Of a DNA stretch of 33,506 nucleotides, positions 27,306-33,506 are shown piece after piece. Location of the stretch: the NCBI GenBank assembly GCA_964486375.1, contig CAZAMZ010000001.1, forward strand, positions 1 through 33,506, read 5' to 3'. The stretch is from an uncultured Synergistaceae bacterium. Its GTDB lineage: Bacteria > Synergistota > Synergistia > Synergistales > Thermovirgaceae. Below the pieces are notes generated by a model, which was not told the origin of the DNA, did not search any database, and saw only the letters and a program-made list of their open reading frames with translations. The translations under genes and the position numbers were made by a program. Each line of letters opens with the position of its first letter. Position 1 is the first letter of the stretch.

Positions 27306-27309
27306 TTCA

Positions 27310-28419
27310 TCACACCCCCCACTCGTTGACGGTGCAGCAGGCTATTCCCTGGCAAATTTTCTGCCCGACCTCTCCGCCCCTGAGATCGGCAAGGCGTCTC
27401 TGGAACTCATCAAGTCGCCTGGAGTGTTCCGATGCTTCCCCGCGTCCCAGGGCCCTGGAAACACCAACCCCGGCTATCCTGCCCTCTACCATGGCGGCTG
27501 AGGCCTCTTCTATACCTGAAGCATCTCCGGCCACCCAGATATCGTTATGGCTCGTTCTCATGAAGAGATCCCTCTGGGCAACGTGACCGCACAACTGGGG
27601 CACAAAAACCATCTCGCACCCTGCCTGCCAGAGCAGTTCACAGGTAGGAGTCAGGCCGACGGCCATGCATATCACATCGGCATCTATCTTGATCTCTTTG
27701 CCTACAGGCTGAAAACGGTCATCTATCTCCTGAATGACAGCTCCTTCGACAATTTTGTCTCCAATGGCTTCCTTGATCGTGTGACGGAGATAGATCGGAA
27801 CACCGAGTCTTCTGATCTTCGCTGCGTGGACCCAGTATCCCCCTACTTTTTCCATAGCCTCGACAATACCTGCAATTTCCACACCCGCCTGCATTAGCTG
27901 GTAACTGACGATAAGACCGATGTTCCCTGCTCCGACCATCAGGACCTTTTTGCCTGGCACCACGCCGTAAACGTTCATAAGGGTCTGTACGGCTCCGGCA
28001 CCGTAAACACCAGGCAGATGATTGTTGGGGAAAGGAAGAAGGCGTTCCTGGGCTCCCGTAGCCATCACTATCTTTTCCGGCTTGATCCGGAAGTATTCGT
28101 CTTCCCCGACGACACAGGATACGACACCGTCTTCCTTGTAGAATCCTGTTGCGGTACAGTTGGTAAATACTTTGACCTTATCCTTGTGGGAATCAAGTTC
28201 CTCGAGGAGGATCTCTGAGATCCTGAACCCTCTGGTCCCTGCTCTTTCGTCCTTGGACCCGAAGAATTTGTGGGTCTGTTTTATCAGCTGTCCGCCCAGC
28301 GCCAGATCGCTGTCGACCAGCGTTACCTGGCACCCGAAAGAGGCCGCTTCGAGAGCGGCGCTCAACCCGGCGGGACCGCCTCCAATGACAAGAACCTCTG
28401 TCTGCCGCAATCCGTTCAC
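27310..28419 (-). CDS. FAD/NAD(P)-binding pyridine-nucleotide-disulfide-oxidoreductase-fold subunit (HcnB / sarcosine oxidase alpha / PDH alpha-like)
   Basis: 369-aa ORF with two dinucleotide folds (VLVIGGGPAGLSAALEA and VLMVGAGNIGLIVSYQL) and a GD motif (IWVAGDASG). Confidence 0.82.
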   Translation of the reverse strand: MNGLRQTEVLVIGGGPAGLSAALEAASFGCQVTLVDSDLALGGQLIKQTHKFFGSKDERAGTRGFRISEILLEELDSHKDKVKVFTNCTATGFYKEDGVVSCVVGEDEYFRIKPEKIVMATGAQERLLPFPNNHLPGVYGAGAVQTLMNVYGVVPGKKVLMVGAGNIGLIVSYQLMQAGVEIAGIVEAMEKVGGYWVHAAKIRRLGVPIYLRHTIKEAIGDKIVEGAVIQEIDDRFQPVGKEIKIDADVICMAVGLTPTCELLWQAGCEMVFVPQLCGHVAQRDLFMRTSHNDIWVAGDASGIEEASAAMVEGRIAGVGVSRALGRGEASEHSRRLDEFQRRLADLRGGEVGQKICQGIACCTVNEWGV

Positions 28420-28427
28420 CTTCCCCT

Positions 28428-28748
28428 CTACTGGGCATCCATGGCGATGACGCCTTTGCCACGCTGCGTTTCGACCCTCATCCCGGTCTTAAGAGGAGTA
28501 ACGCAGGTGCGGACATTGGGCACACCGTCGACAACCATGAAACATGACGAACATTTGCCTATTGCACAGAAAAACCCCCTGGTCTGTTCTTTCGAGGGGG
28601 TAACCCTGTATATTCTTACTCCATTCGCGTGAAGGGCAGCTGCGATAGGTTCGCCTTCGTAACCTTCCATCTCGTTGCCATCAAAAGTGAATTTGACCTT
28701 TTTCGAATGTTTGAACTCAAGAATCGGGTGTTTCTCGATCAGATCCAT
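28428..28748 (-). CDS. Small [2Fe-2S]-binding subunit (HcnA / sarcosine oxidase alpha N-terminal-like)
   Basis: 106-aa ORF KFTFDGNEMEGYEGEPIAAALHANG...GFFCAIGKCSSCFMVVDGVPNVRTC, the Fer2_4-type Cys pattern. It is the first gene of the operon, with AGGAGGAGGG upstream. Confidence 0.78.
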   Translation of the reverse strand: MDLIEKHPILEFKHSKKVKFTFDGNEMEGYEGEPIAAALHANGVRIYRVTPSKEQTRGFFCAIGKCSSCFMVVDGVPNVRTCVTPLKTGMRVETQRGKGVIAMDAQ

Positions 28749-28867
28749 AATCGTACATCCCTCCTCCTTGTCATGGGCGTAACCCTTCCTTCAGCGTCAA
28801 GTCCATATTCCACCTTCTTCCCTTCCGCAACAAGTGCTGTTTTTCACTTATAAGGACAACAGCAAAT

Positions 28868-28896
28868 ATAATACACTTCATTCATTATCTTGACCA
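28868..28896 (-). promoter_or_regulatory. Weak candidate promoter for the flavoenzyme operon
   Basis: The minus strand reads TGGTCA (28891..28896), a 17-nt spacer, then TATTAT (28868..28873). If used, it would give a leader of about 110 nt. Confidence 0.3.
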
Positions 28897-28907
28897 GAGA
28901 CTTTTTT

Positions 28908-29576
28908 TCATTTTTTGTCCTTCCGTCCCGTGTCGGGTGCTCTGAGGTAAAGAGCTCTTGCTTCACGGGGGGGATGGGATCTTCCTGACATGAGCTCACC
29001 AAGACAAGCCACCGTCGACCCCTTCGGGGATGTTCTGACTGCTGGCTCAAACCCCCCTTGTGAAAGCTCTTCAATGAGAAGCCGATCATCATTGGCCACG
29101 TAAAAACATCTTTCCAGGTCCTTGAGTTCTTCCTTGAGGTCCCTGATGTCAGTTACAGAAGGGGGGGAAATATAGGCAGGAGAAACACCTGTTCCGGAAA
29201 TAACCGAAAAATAGACTGAACCCTTCCTTGCCCTTGAAAGAGGGACAACGACCCTGGATCCATCGAGGAAAGGGTTTCCAAGCACCAGAAGACTGTCCAT
29301 TGTTATTACGGGAATATTCAGTCCTTCGGCCAGGCCGCATGAATAGGAAAGGCCCACCCTTATTCCGGTGAAAAGGCCAGGGCCTGTGGTCACGGCTATC
29401 GCATCCAGGGATGAAAAGGATGTCCGGCATGTCAACATTAGCTGTCCTGCAAGGTGAGCAAGAAGTGATGACTGTTCCCTTCCTGCCCTGATGTTGAATT
29501 CCCCAGATGTTTGCCCGGATGAAGACAATCCAAGGCAGGCCCATTCTGTAGAACAGTCGATCCCCAGGATCTTCAT
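28908..29576 (-). CDS. tsaB: tRNA t6A37 biosynthesis protein TsaB (YeaZ)
   Basis: 222-aa ORF MKILGIDCSTEWACLGL...AVTTGPGLFTGIRVGLS, the ASKHA-fold TsaB signature. ATGA overlap with tsaE. Confidence 0.9.
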   Translation of the reverse strand: MKILGIDCSTEWACLGLSSSGQTSGEFNIRAGREQSSLLAHLAGQLMLTCRTSFSSLDAIAVTTGPGLFTGIRVGLSYSCGLAEGLNIPVITMDSLLVLGNPFLDGSRVVVPLSRARKGSVYFSVISGTGVSPAYISPPSVTDIRDLKEELKDLERCFYVANDDRLLIEELSQGGFEPAVRTSPKGSTVACLGELMSGRSHPPREARALYLRAPDTGRKDKK

Positions 29577-30124
29577 GCTCCCACCCTTTTGAGTTTCAAC
29601 AAAGTATTCCCTGCGAATTCATTGAGAGCTTTACAGGCATCTTCACCGGAACAGGAAAGTTCTATCATCCTCACGGTCAACTCCGTCGGATCCCTGGTCA
29701 GGGATCCCCATGAACAGGAAAGAGCTATACTCCAGGAACCGTGATCCTGGCATAGGCCAAGACGGTCGGCCCATTCGACGATCACAATAAATCCATCCTC
29801 CAGATATTCCTCCAGGTGAAATTCATCGCCCGATGGTTCCTCCACCCTGTAAAGGTCAACGTGTGCGATCGGAGTTTCGGTTTTATATTCATTTATGATA
29901 GTAAAGGAAGGACTGCGGGTGTTATCCCATCCCAAGGCAGCTGCAAAACCCCTGACAAGCTCTGTCTTTCCGGTTCCCAGCTTTCCCGTAAGGCATATTG
30001 TCAACCCGGGGAAGGAGAATCTCGCCAGTTCTGCCCCCAGCAGACGGGTTTCCTCAGGGGATCTTGATATGAACAGGTAACATTCTTCCTCAAACGGGCA
30101 AGCAGGATCTTCAGGCCCGTTCAT
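29573..30124 (-). CDS. tsaE: tRNA t6A37 biosynthesis ATPase TsaE (YjeE)
   Basis: 183-aa ORF with LTGKLGTGKTELVRGFAAALG and SPSFTIINEY...HVDLYR motifs. Confidence 0.9.
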   Translation of the reverse strand: MNGPEDPACPFEEECYLFISRSPEETRLLGAELARFSFPGLTICLTGKLGTGKTELVRGFAAALGWDNTRSPSFTIINEYKTETPIAHVDLYRVEEPSGDEFHLEEYLEDGFIVIVEWADRLGLCQDHGSWSIALSCSWGSLTRDPTELTVRMIELSCSGEDACKALNEFAGNTLLKLKRVGA

Positions 30125-31674
30125 CTGAAGGGTTCTCCCTTGTTCTTCCGGGATCTCAGTCTGGAAATGGCAAAGGGGACAGCATTGGCGATCTCTCTGG
30201 CAATGATACCGTCAAAGCCTTTCCTGTTCTGGAGCATTTTTCCGGCAAGACCATGGACATACGCGCCTGCTGCAATTGCTTCAAAGGTTCCCAGCCCTGC
30301 TGCCGAAAAAGCTCCGATGATCCCGGCAAGGACGTCGCCGGACCCGGGGACGGAGAGGCCTGGAACTACGAAGGGCATAATGCCGATCCGACTTCCGTCG
30401 GAGACCAGGGATCCAGGTCCTTTCAGAAGGATCGCGCCGAACAGGGCCGAAAGCTCAACTGCAGAGCGCAGTCTGGCGGCCCCTACCTGATCCCTTGTTC
30501 GGGCAAGCAGAACTGCCGCTTCACCCTCGTGGGGTGTTATCATCGTTAAACCATGTCTGGCACCGAATTCCGGCGGTTCAGAAAGGGCGTAAAGGGCATC
30601 ACCATCAACACAAAGGGTTCCATTCCATTCATTCCATACTTTTCGGAAAAGCGCCCGGGAAGGCTTCCCCCTGTCGAGTCCCGGACCTATTACCACGGAA
30701 TTGAAACGCCCACCCCATTTTTCCATTATCCTGTCCCAGTTCAGGGGGGTCATGCAACCATTATCGGATTCAGCTTCCAGAAGGATCATCTCCGGATAGG
30801 GAGAGAACATCGCGATAGAGCTTGTCGGGACAGCAGCCAGAACACAACCGGCACCGGCTCTTAAAGCCCCCAGGGCCGAAAGGACCGGGGCGCCCCTGTA
30901 ACGTTCGCTGCCGCCAATGACAAGAACTGTTCCACGATCTCCCTTGTGAATTCCTGGACCGATCTTCGGCAAAAATGATGAAATATCTTCGGATCCCAGG
31001 AGTTCATAAGATGATCGCGGTTTTAGAACAAGGTCCGGGGGAATTCCCAGATCAACGGTTTCAATATCGCCCCGACAGGCCCTTCCGGGCATTATCTCCA
31101 ATCCTGCCTTTCTGGCAAGCAGGGTGACTGTGAGTGCGGCCTTGACTGCCTCCCCTTCTGTCTCCCCTGTCGATGGGTCAACACCGCTTGGGATATCTAT
31201 GGAAACCACCGGAACAGTACCATTCATCGATCGTATGACCCTGAGGACCTCTCCTCGCGGTGCTCCTGACGAACCTGTACCCAGGAGAGCGTCAATTACA
31301 AGATCAGCACCATGTAAAAGGGATATCAGTTCGCGGTCGGAAAGCAGGGGGGTCATAATTGTCTTGCCGCCCAGTTTATGGAAAAGTTCAAGGTTGATCT
31401 TAAGGTCTTCTGAACACTTCTCCTGAGGCGCAACCAGAAGGATCCTGACATCCCTGCCCATATCCATCAGGAGCCTTGCCGCGGCGGCACCGTCACCCCC
31501 GTTATTCCCGACCCCGCATGCTACAAGAATGTTCCTTGCCTGGAGGAACCTTCTTTTGACCGCATTTGCCACTCCCCTGGCTGCGTTTTCCATAAGGATG
31601 ATCGAAGGTGCTCCCAGTTCCTTTATGGCGAAACTTTCAGCTTGCCTGATATCATCGGCATCGTAAATGAACAA
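30121..31674 (-). CDS. nnr: Bifunctional NAD(P)H-hydrate repair enzyme Nnr (epimerase plus ADP-dependent dehydratase, YjeF)
   Basis: 517-aa ORF with an N-terminal YjeF_N domain (CGVGNNGGDG) and a C-terminal carbohydrate-kinase-like domain (HKGDRGTVLVIGGS...GSGDVLAG). Confidence 0.92.
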   Translation of the reverse strand: MFIYDADDIRQAESFAIKELGAPSIILMENAARGVANAVKRRFLQARNILVACGVGNNGGDGAAAARLLMDMGRDVRILLVAPQEKCSEDLKINLELFHKLGGKTIMTPLLSDRELISLLHGADLVIDALLGTGSSGAPRGEVLRVIRSMNGTVPVVSIDIPSGVDPSTGETEGEAVKAALTVTLLARKAGLEIMPGRACRGDIETVDLGIPPDLVLKPRSSYELLGSEDISSFLPKIGPGIHKGDRGTVLVIGGSERYRGAPVLSALGALRAGAGCVLAAVPTSSIAMFSPYPEMILLEAESDNGCMTPLNWDRIMEKWGGRFNSVVIGPGLDRGKPSRALFRKVWNEWNGTLCVDGDALYALSEPPEFGARHGLTMITPHEGEAAVLLARTRDQVGAARLRSAVELSALFGAILLKGPGSLVSDGSRIGIMPFVVPGLSVPGSGDVLAGIIGAFSAAGLGTFEAIAAGAYVHGLAGKMLQNRKGFDGIIAREIANAVPFAISRLRSRKNKGEPFR

Positions 31675-31680
31675 AAGGGA

Positions 31681-32046
31681 TCACCCCTCAATGACCACTA
31701 CGGCTAAAGCGAGATCGCCATCGTGGGTAATGCTGACATGGGCGGAAACTCCGCCAAGGGAGACGAAAAGCGCCTCTGCGCTGCCGGAAAGCCGCAAGAA
31801 AGGAATACTGTGTTCCCTTTCAAGGGAGACATTCCGTAGCCCCACCTTCCCCAATCCCCATTTCCCGGCCTTTGCAAAGGCTTCTTTGGCTGCAAAAGCT
31901 GCAGCAAGATGCCTGGTCTTCCCCCCGTGCACGGCGGCATAATCCCTCTCGGGTTCAGTAAAAACCCTTTCAATAAACCGAGGATTTTGAAGGGCTTTTT
32001 CGAGTCGCCTCACACTGCAGACGTCAATGCCTATCCCCTTTATCAT
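31681..32046 (-). CDS. acpS: Holo-[acyl-carrier-protein] synthase AcpS
   Basis: 121-aa ORF MIKGIGIDVCSVRRLEKAL...FAAKEAFAKA...ISITHDGDLALAVVVIE, the classic AcpS pattern. Confidence 0.93.
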   Translation of the reverse strand: MIKGIGIDVCSVRRLEKALQNPRFIERVFTEPERDYAAVHGGKTRHLAAAFAAKEAFAKAGKWGLGKVGLRNVSLEREHSIPFLRLSGSAEALFVSLGGVSAHVSITHDGDLALAVVVIEG

Positions 32047-32072
32047 TGTTCCACCCCTTTTTTCCTGAACCG

Positions 32073-32078
32073 ATTATA
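32073..32078 (-). promoter_or_regulatory. Consensus -10 box (TATAAT) upstream of acpS
   Basis: A perfect minus-strand TATAAT lies 27 nt upstream of the acpS ATG, with a GGGGTGG ribosome-binding site in between. I found no convincing -35 element. Confidence 0.4.
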
Positions 32079-32195
32079 AGACAAAACAGGAAGTCAGGTT
32101 CTCAGGAAAAGTTCACAGGGGCTTGAACTGATATTTTCCGGCGGAACCAATGTGGTAAAGACGTTAATGTATTTATGGCAGGGGTTCCGGGATAC

Positions 32196-32232
32196 CGAAA
32201 GGAAAAACTCTCCCTTCTGTTTCACGGGAGAG
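32196..32232 (-). terminator. Intrinsic terminator downstream of tRNA-Val
   Basis: A 7-bp stem CTCTCCC/GGGAGAG (32208..32214 and 32226..32232) with an 11-nt loop, followed on the minus strand by TTTTTCCTTTC. Confidence 0.65.
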
Positions 32233-32321
32233 ATCACAGGGAGCCAGATTATTGTCTGCTTACCATGGCTTTTCCCTTCAGGTCCCTGAAAGGAGAATTA
32301 ATGGTACAGGATATTATCAAA

Positions 32322-32396
32322 TGGTGGGTGGTGCAGGACTCGAACCTGCGACCTCTTCCGCGTCAAGGAAGCGTTCTTCCTCTGAACTAACCACCC
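32322..32396 (-). tRNA. tRNA-Val (anticodon GAC), CCA encoded
   Basis: The minus strand reads GGGTGGTTAGTTCAGAGGAAGAACGCTTCCTTGACGCGGAAGAGGTCGCAGGTTCGAGTCCTGCACCACCCACCA. It has a 7-bp acceptor stem, anticodon loop TTGACGC and a GGTTCGAGTCC T-arm. It starts only 14 nt after the rlmB stop. Confidence 0.92.
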
Positions 32397-32410
32397 AGGC
32401 GTGTTGCATT

Positions 32411-33199
32411 TTACCTGCGCTCAGAGCCCTTGTCAATGTTCCTGACCCATTCATACATCCCTATTGCGGCAGCCGTCGCAGCGTTCAAAGACCCCGTGGA
32501 TCCCTTCATGGGGATCCGTAAAAGGAAGTCACACAGATCGGCCGTGAGCCTTGAAAGTCCGGATCCTTCGCTCCCCACAACCAGGACGGTTCTTCCCGGG
32601 AGATCCCTTTTTCCCAGATCCTCCCCGGCATCATGATGCAGTCCCGCTATCCAGTAATCCATATCCTTAAGATCACGCAGTGCCCTGGATATGTTTACAA
32701 CACCGGCAACGGGTATCCTGGCAATAGCGCCTGCACTAGTCCTCATAACAGCAGAGGTCGGCAATGCGGATCTCCGCCTGGGGATAACAATGGCATCCGC
32801 TCCAAGAACTTCGGCACTTCTTGCTATTGCACCGAGATTATGAGGGTCCTGGATATGATCAAGCACGATCAGCAGAGAGGAAGTCCCGCTTCCCCTCAAT
32901 CGTGGAGAAAGTGAATCAAGGTCAACAATACCCACATGCATCATCTTTACGGCAACACCCTGGTGTCTGCTCCCGGGGCATAACCTGTCAAGTATCGAAG
33001 GCTTGCATATCTGCCAGGAGACGCCGGTGTCCCGGCAAAGATCGATGATCCTGTCCCTTTCCGGACCCTTCAGGCTTTCCGAGACGAGAACCCTGGAGCA
33101 GAGCTTTGGGGAAGAGCCCAATGCCGACAGCACTGCGTTCCTTCCGTAAACAACATCCTCCCCTCCGTTAACGCCGTGTCCTTCAGGACGCAGATCCAT
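32411..33199 (-). CDS. rlmB: SpoU/TrmH-family 23S rRNA (guanosine-2'-O)-methyltransferase RlmB
   Basis: 262-aa ORF with an N-terminal SpoU_sub_bind-like region (VVYGRNAVLSAL) and SPOUT motifs (LDHIQDPHNLGAIARSA, VVGSEGSGLS, IPMKGSTGSLNAATAAAI). Confidence 0.9.
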   Translation of the reverse strand: MDLRPEGHGVNGGEDVVYGRNAVLSALGSSPKLCSRVLVSESLKGPERDRIIDLCRDTGVSWQICKPSILDRLCPGSRHQGVAVKMMHVGIVDLDSLSPRLRGSGTSSLLIVLDHIQDPHNLGAIARSAEVLGADAIVIPRRRSALPTSAVMRTSAGAIARIPVAGVVNISRALRDLKDMDYWIAGLHHDAGEDLGKRDLPGRTVLVVGSEGSGLSRLTADLCDFLLRIPMKGSTGSLNAATAAAIGMYEWVRNIDKGSERR

Positions 33200-33428
33200 G
33201 GCTTACCCTCCCTTTCAGCTGATCAAGGAACCCGCGAAGATGTACCGCAGTATGCCCATGGTCCTTTTCGACTATTTCTGCCGGGGCGCCTTCTGATACA
33301 ATGTTTCCCCCTTCGAGCCCACCTTCCGGGCCCAGATCGATGATGTGATCCGCAGAAGCCAGAACATCAAGGTTATGTTCAATAAGTACCACTGTATTCC
33401 CCTGGTCGACTATCTTTTGAAGAAGGAC
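33183..33428 (-). pseudogene. uvrA: uvrA 3'-terminal fragment (about the last 80 codons only)
   Basis: The minus strand reads VLLQKIVDQGNTVVLIEHNLDVLASADHIIDLGPEGGLEGGNIVSEGAPAEIV, the extreme C-terminal ABC region of UvrA. Upstream of about 33428 the same frame stays open but reads AASSSPPASRSSTSATIARSRRSSTP, which is not UvrA-like. Confidence 0.7.
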
Positions 33429-33429
33429 G

Positions 33430-33506
33430 GGCGTTGACGATCTCCTGGACCGAGCGATTGTGGCCGAGGTGGATGACCTCGACGCCGGTGGACTGGAGGA
33501 TGCGGC
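33430..33506 (-). other. Fragment resembling a cobalamin(B12)-binding domain, e.g. methylmalonyl-CoA mutase C-terminal type
   Basis: In a different minus-strand frame the terminal 77 nt read RILQSTGVEVIHLGHNRSVQEIVNA. This resembles the B12-binding-domain segment (...G-F/V-E-V-I-x-x-G-x-x-x-S/T-P/V-E-x-I-V-x-A). By hand count this stretch is about two-thirds G+C, clearly richer than the rest of the window. Confidence 0.4.

Noticed and set aside
28749-28907. A glycine riboswitch or T-box leader upstream of the sarcosine-oxidase-like operon.
   Set aside because: I looked for the glycine aptamer cores (GGAGAG...CACCG...AAGGGGC type) and for T-box specifier/antiterminator elements and found neither. 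Only generic hairpins are present.
28844-29092. An 82-aa minus-strand ORF extending 64 nt beyond the tsaB stop.
   Set aside because: It is mostly an alternative frame of tsaB, with no RBS or motif. The TsaB frame is the one carrying the family signature.
33393-33506. Treating the window end as a normal continuation of uvrA (a gene simply running off the contig).
   Set aside because: The in-frame upstream translation is not UvrA-like where the most conserved ABC motifs should be. Another frame gives a B12-domain-like peptide, and base composition shifts, so this is reported as a junction instead.

Overview
No defence island, mobile element, CRISPR array or clearly novel system is visible in this 33.5-kb window of core bacterial chromosome. 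It is very compact, has moderate GC by eye, and every gene I can support lies on the minus strand. In transcription order (high to low coordinates) it contains: (1) a uvrA 3' fragment abutting an unrelated, GC-rich B12-binding-domain-like fragment at the window edge; (2) rlmB and tRNA-Val(GAC); (3) acpS-nnr-tsaE-tsaB; (4) a five-gene Fe-S flavoenzyme operon of the HcnABC / opine oxidase / archaeal L-proline dehydrogenase type; (5) a four-subunit 2-oxoacid:ferredoxin oxidoreductase in delta-alpha-beta-gamma order; (6) a RumA/RlmD-type methyltransferase and tRNA-Gly(CCC); (7) a complete nine-gene V/A-type ATPase operon; (8) RNase P RNA; and (9) the dcw cluster mraZ-rsmH-ftsL-ftsI-murE-murF-mraY-murD-ftsW-murG-murC(partial). 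The content suggests an anaerobic, probably amino-acid or organic-acid fermenting bacterium, but taxonomy cannot be determined from here. The points most worth a second look are: the uncharacterised multi-subunit amine-dehydrogenase-like operon next to the oxidoreductase; a full Na+-binding signature in the ATPase proteolipid; a clean four-repeat MraZ operator; and the gene-fragment junction at about 33428..33432, which is either a real truncation or an assembly chimera. All functional calls come from reading the translated ORFs against family motifs I know; no database search was run.
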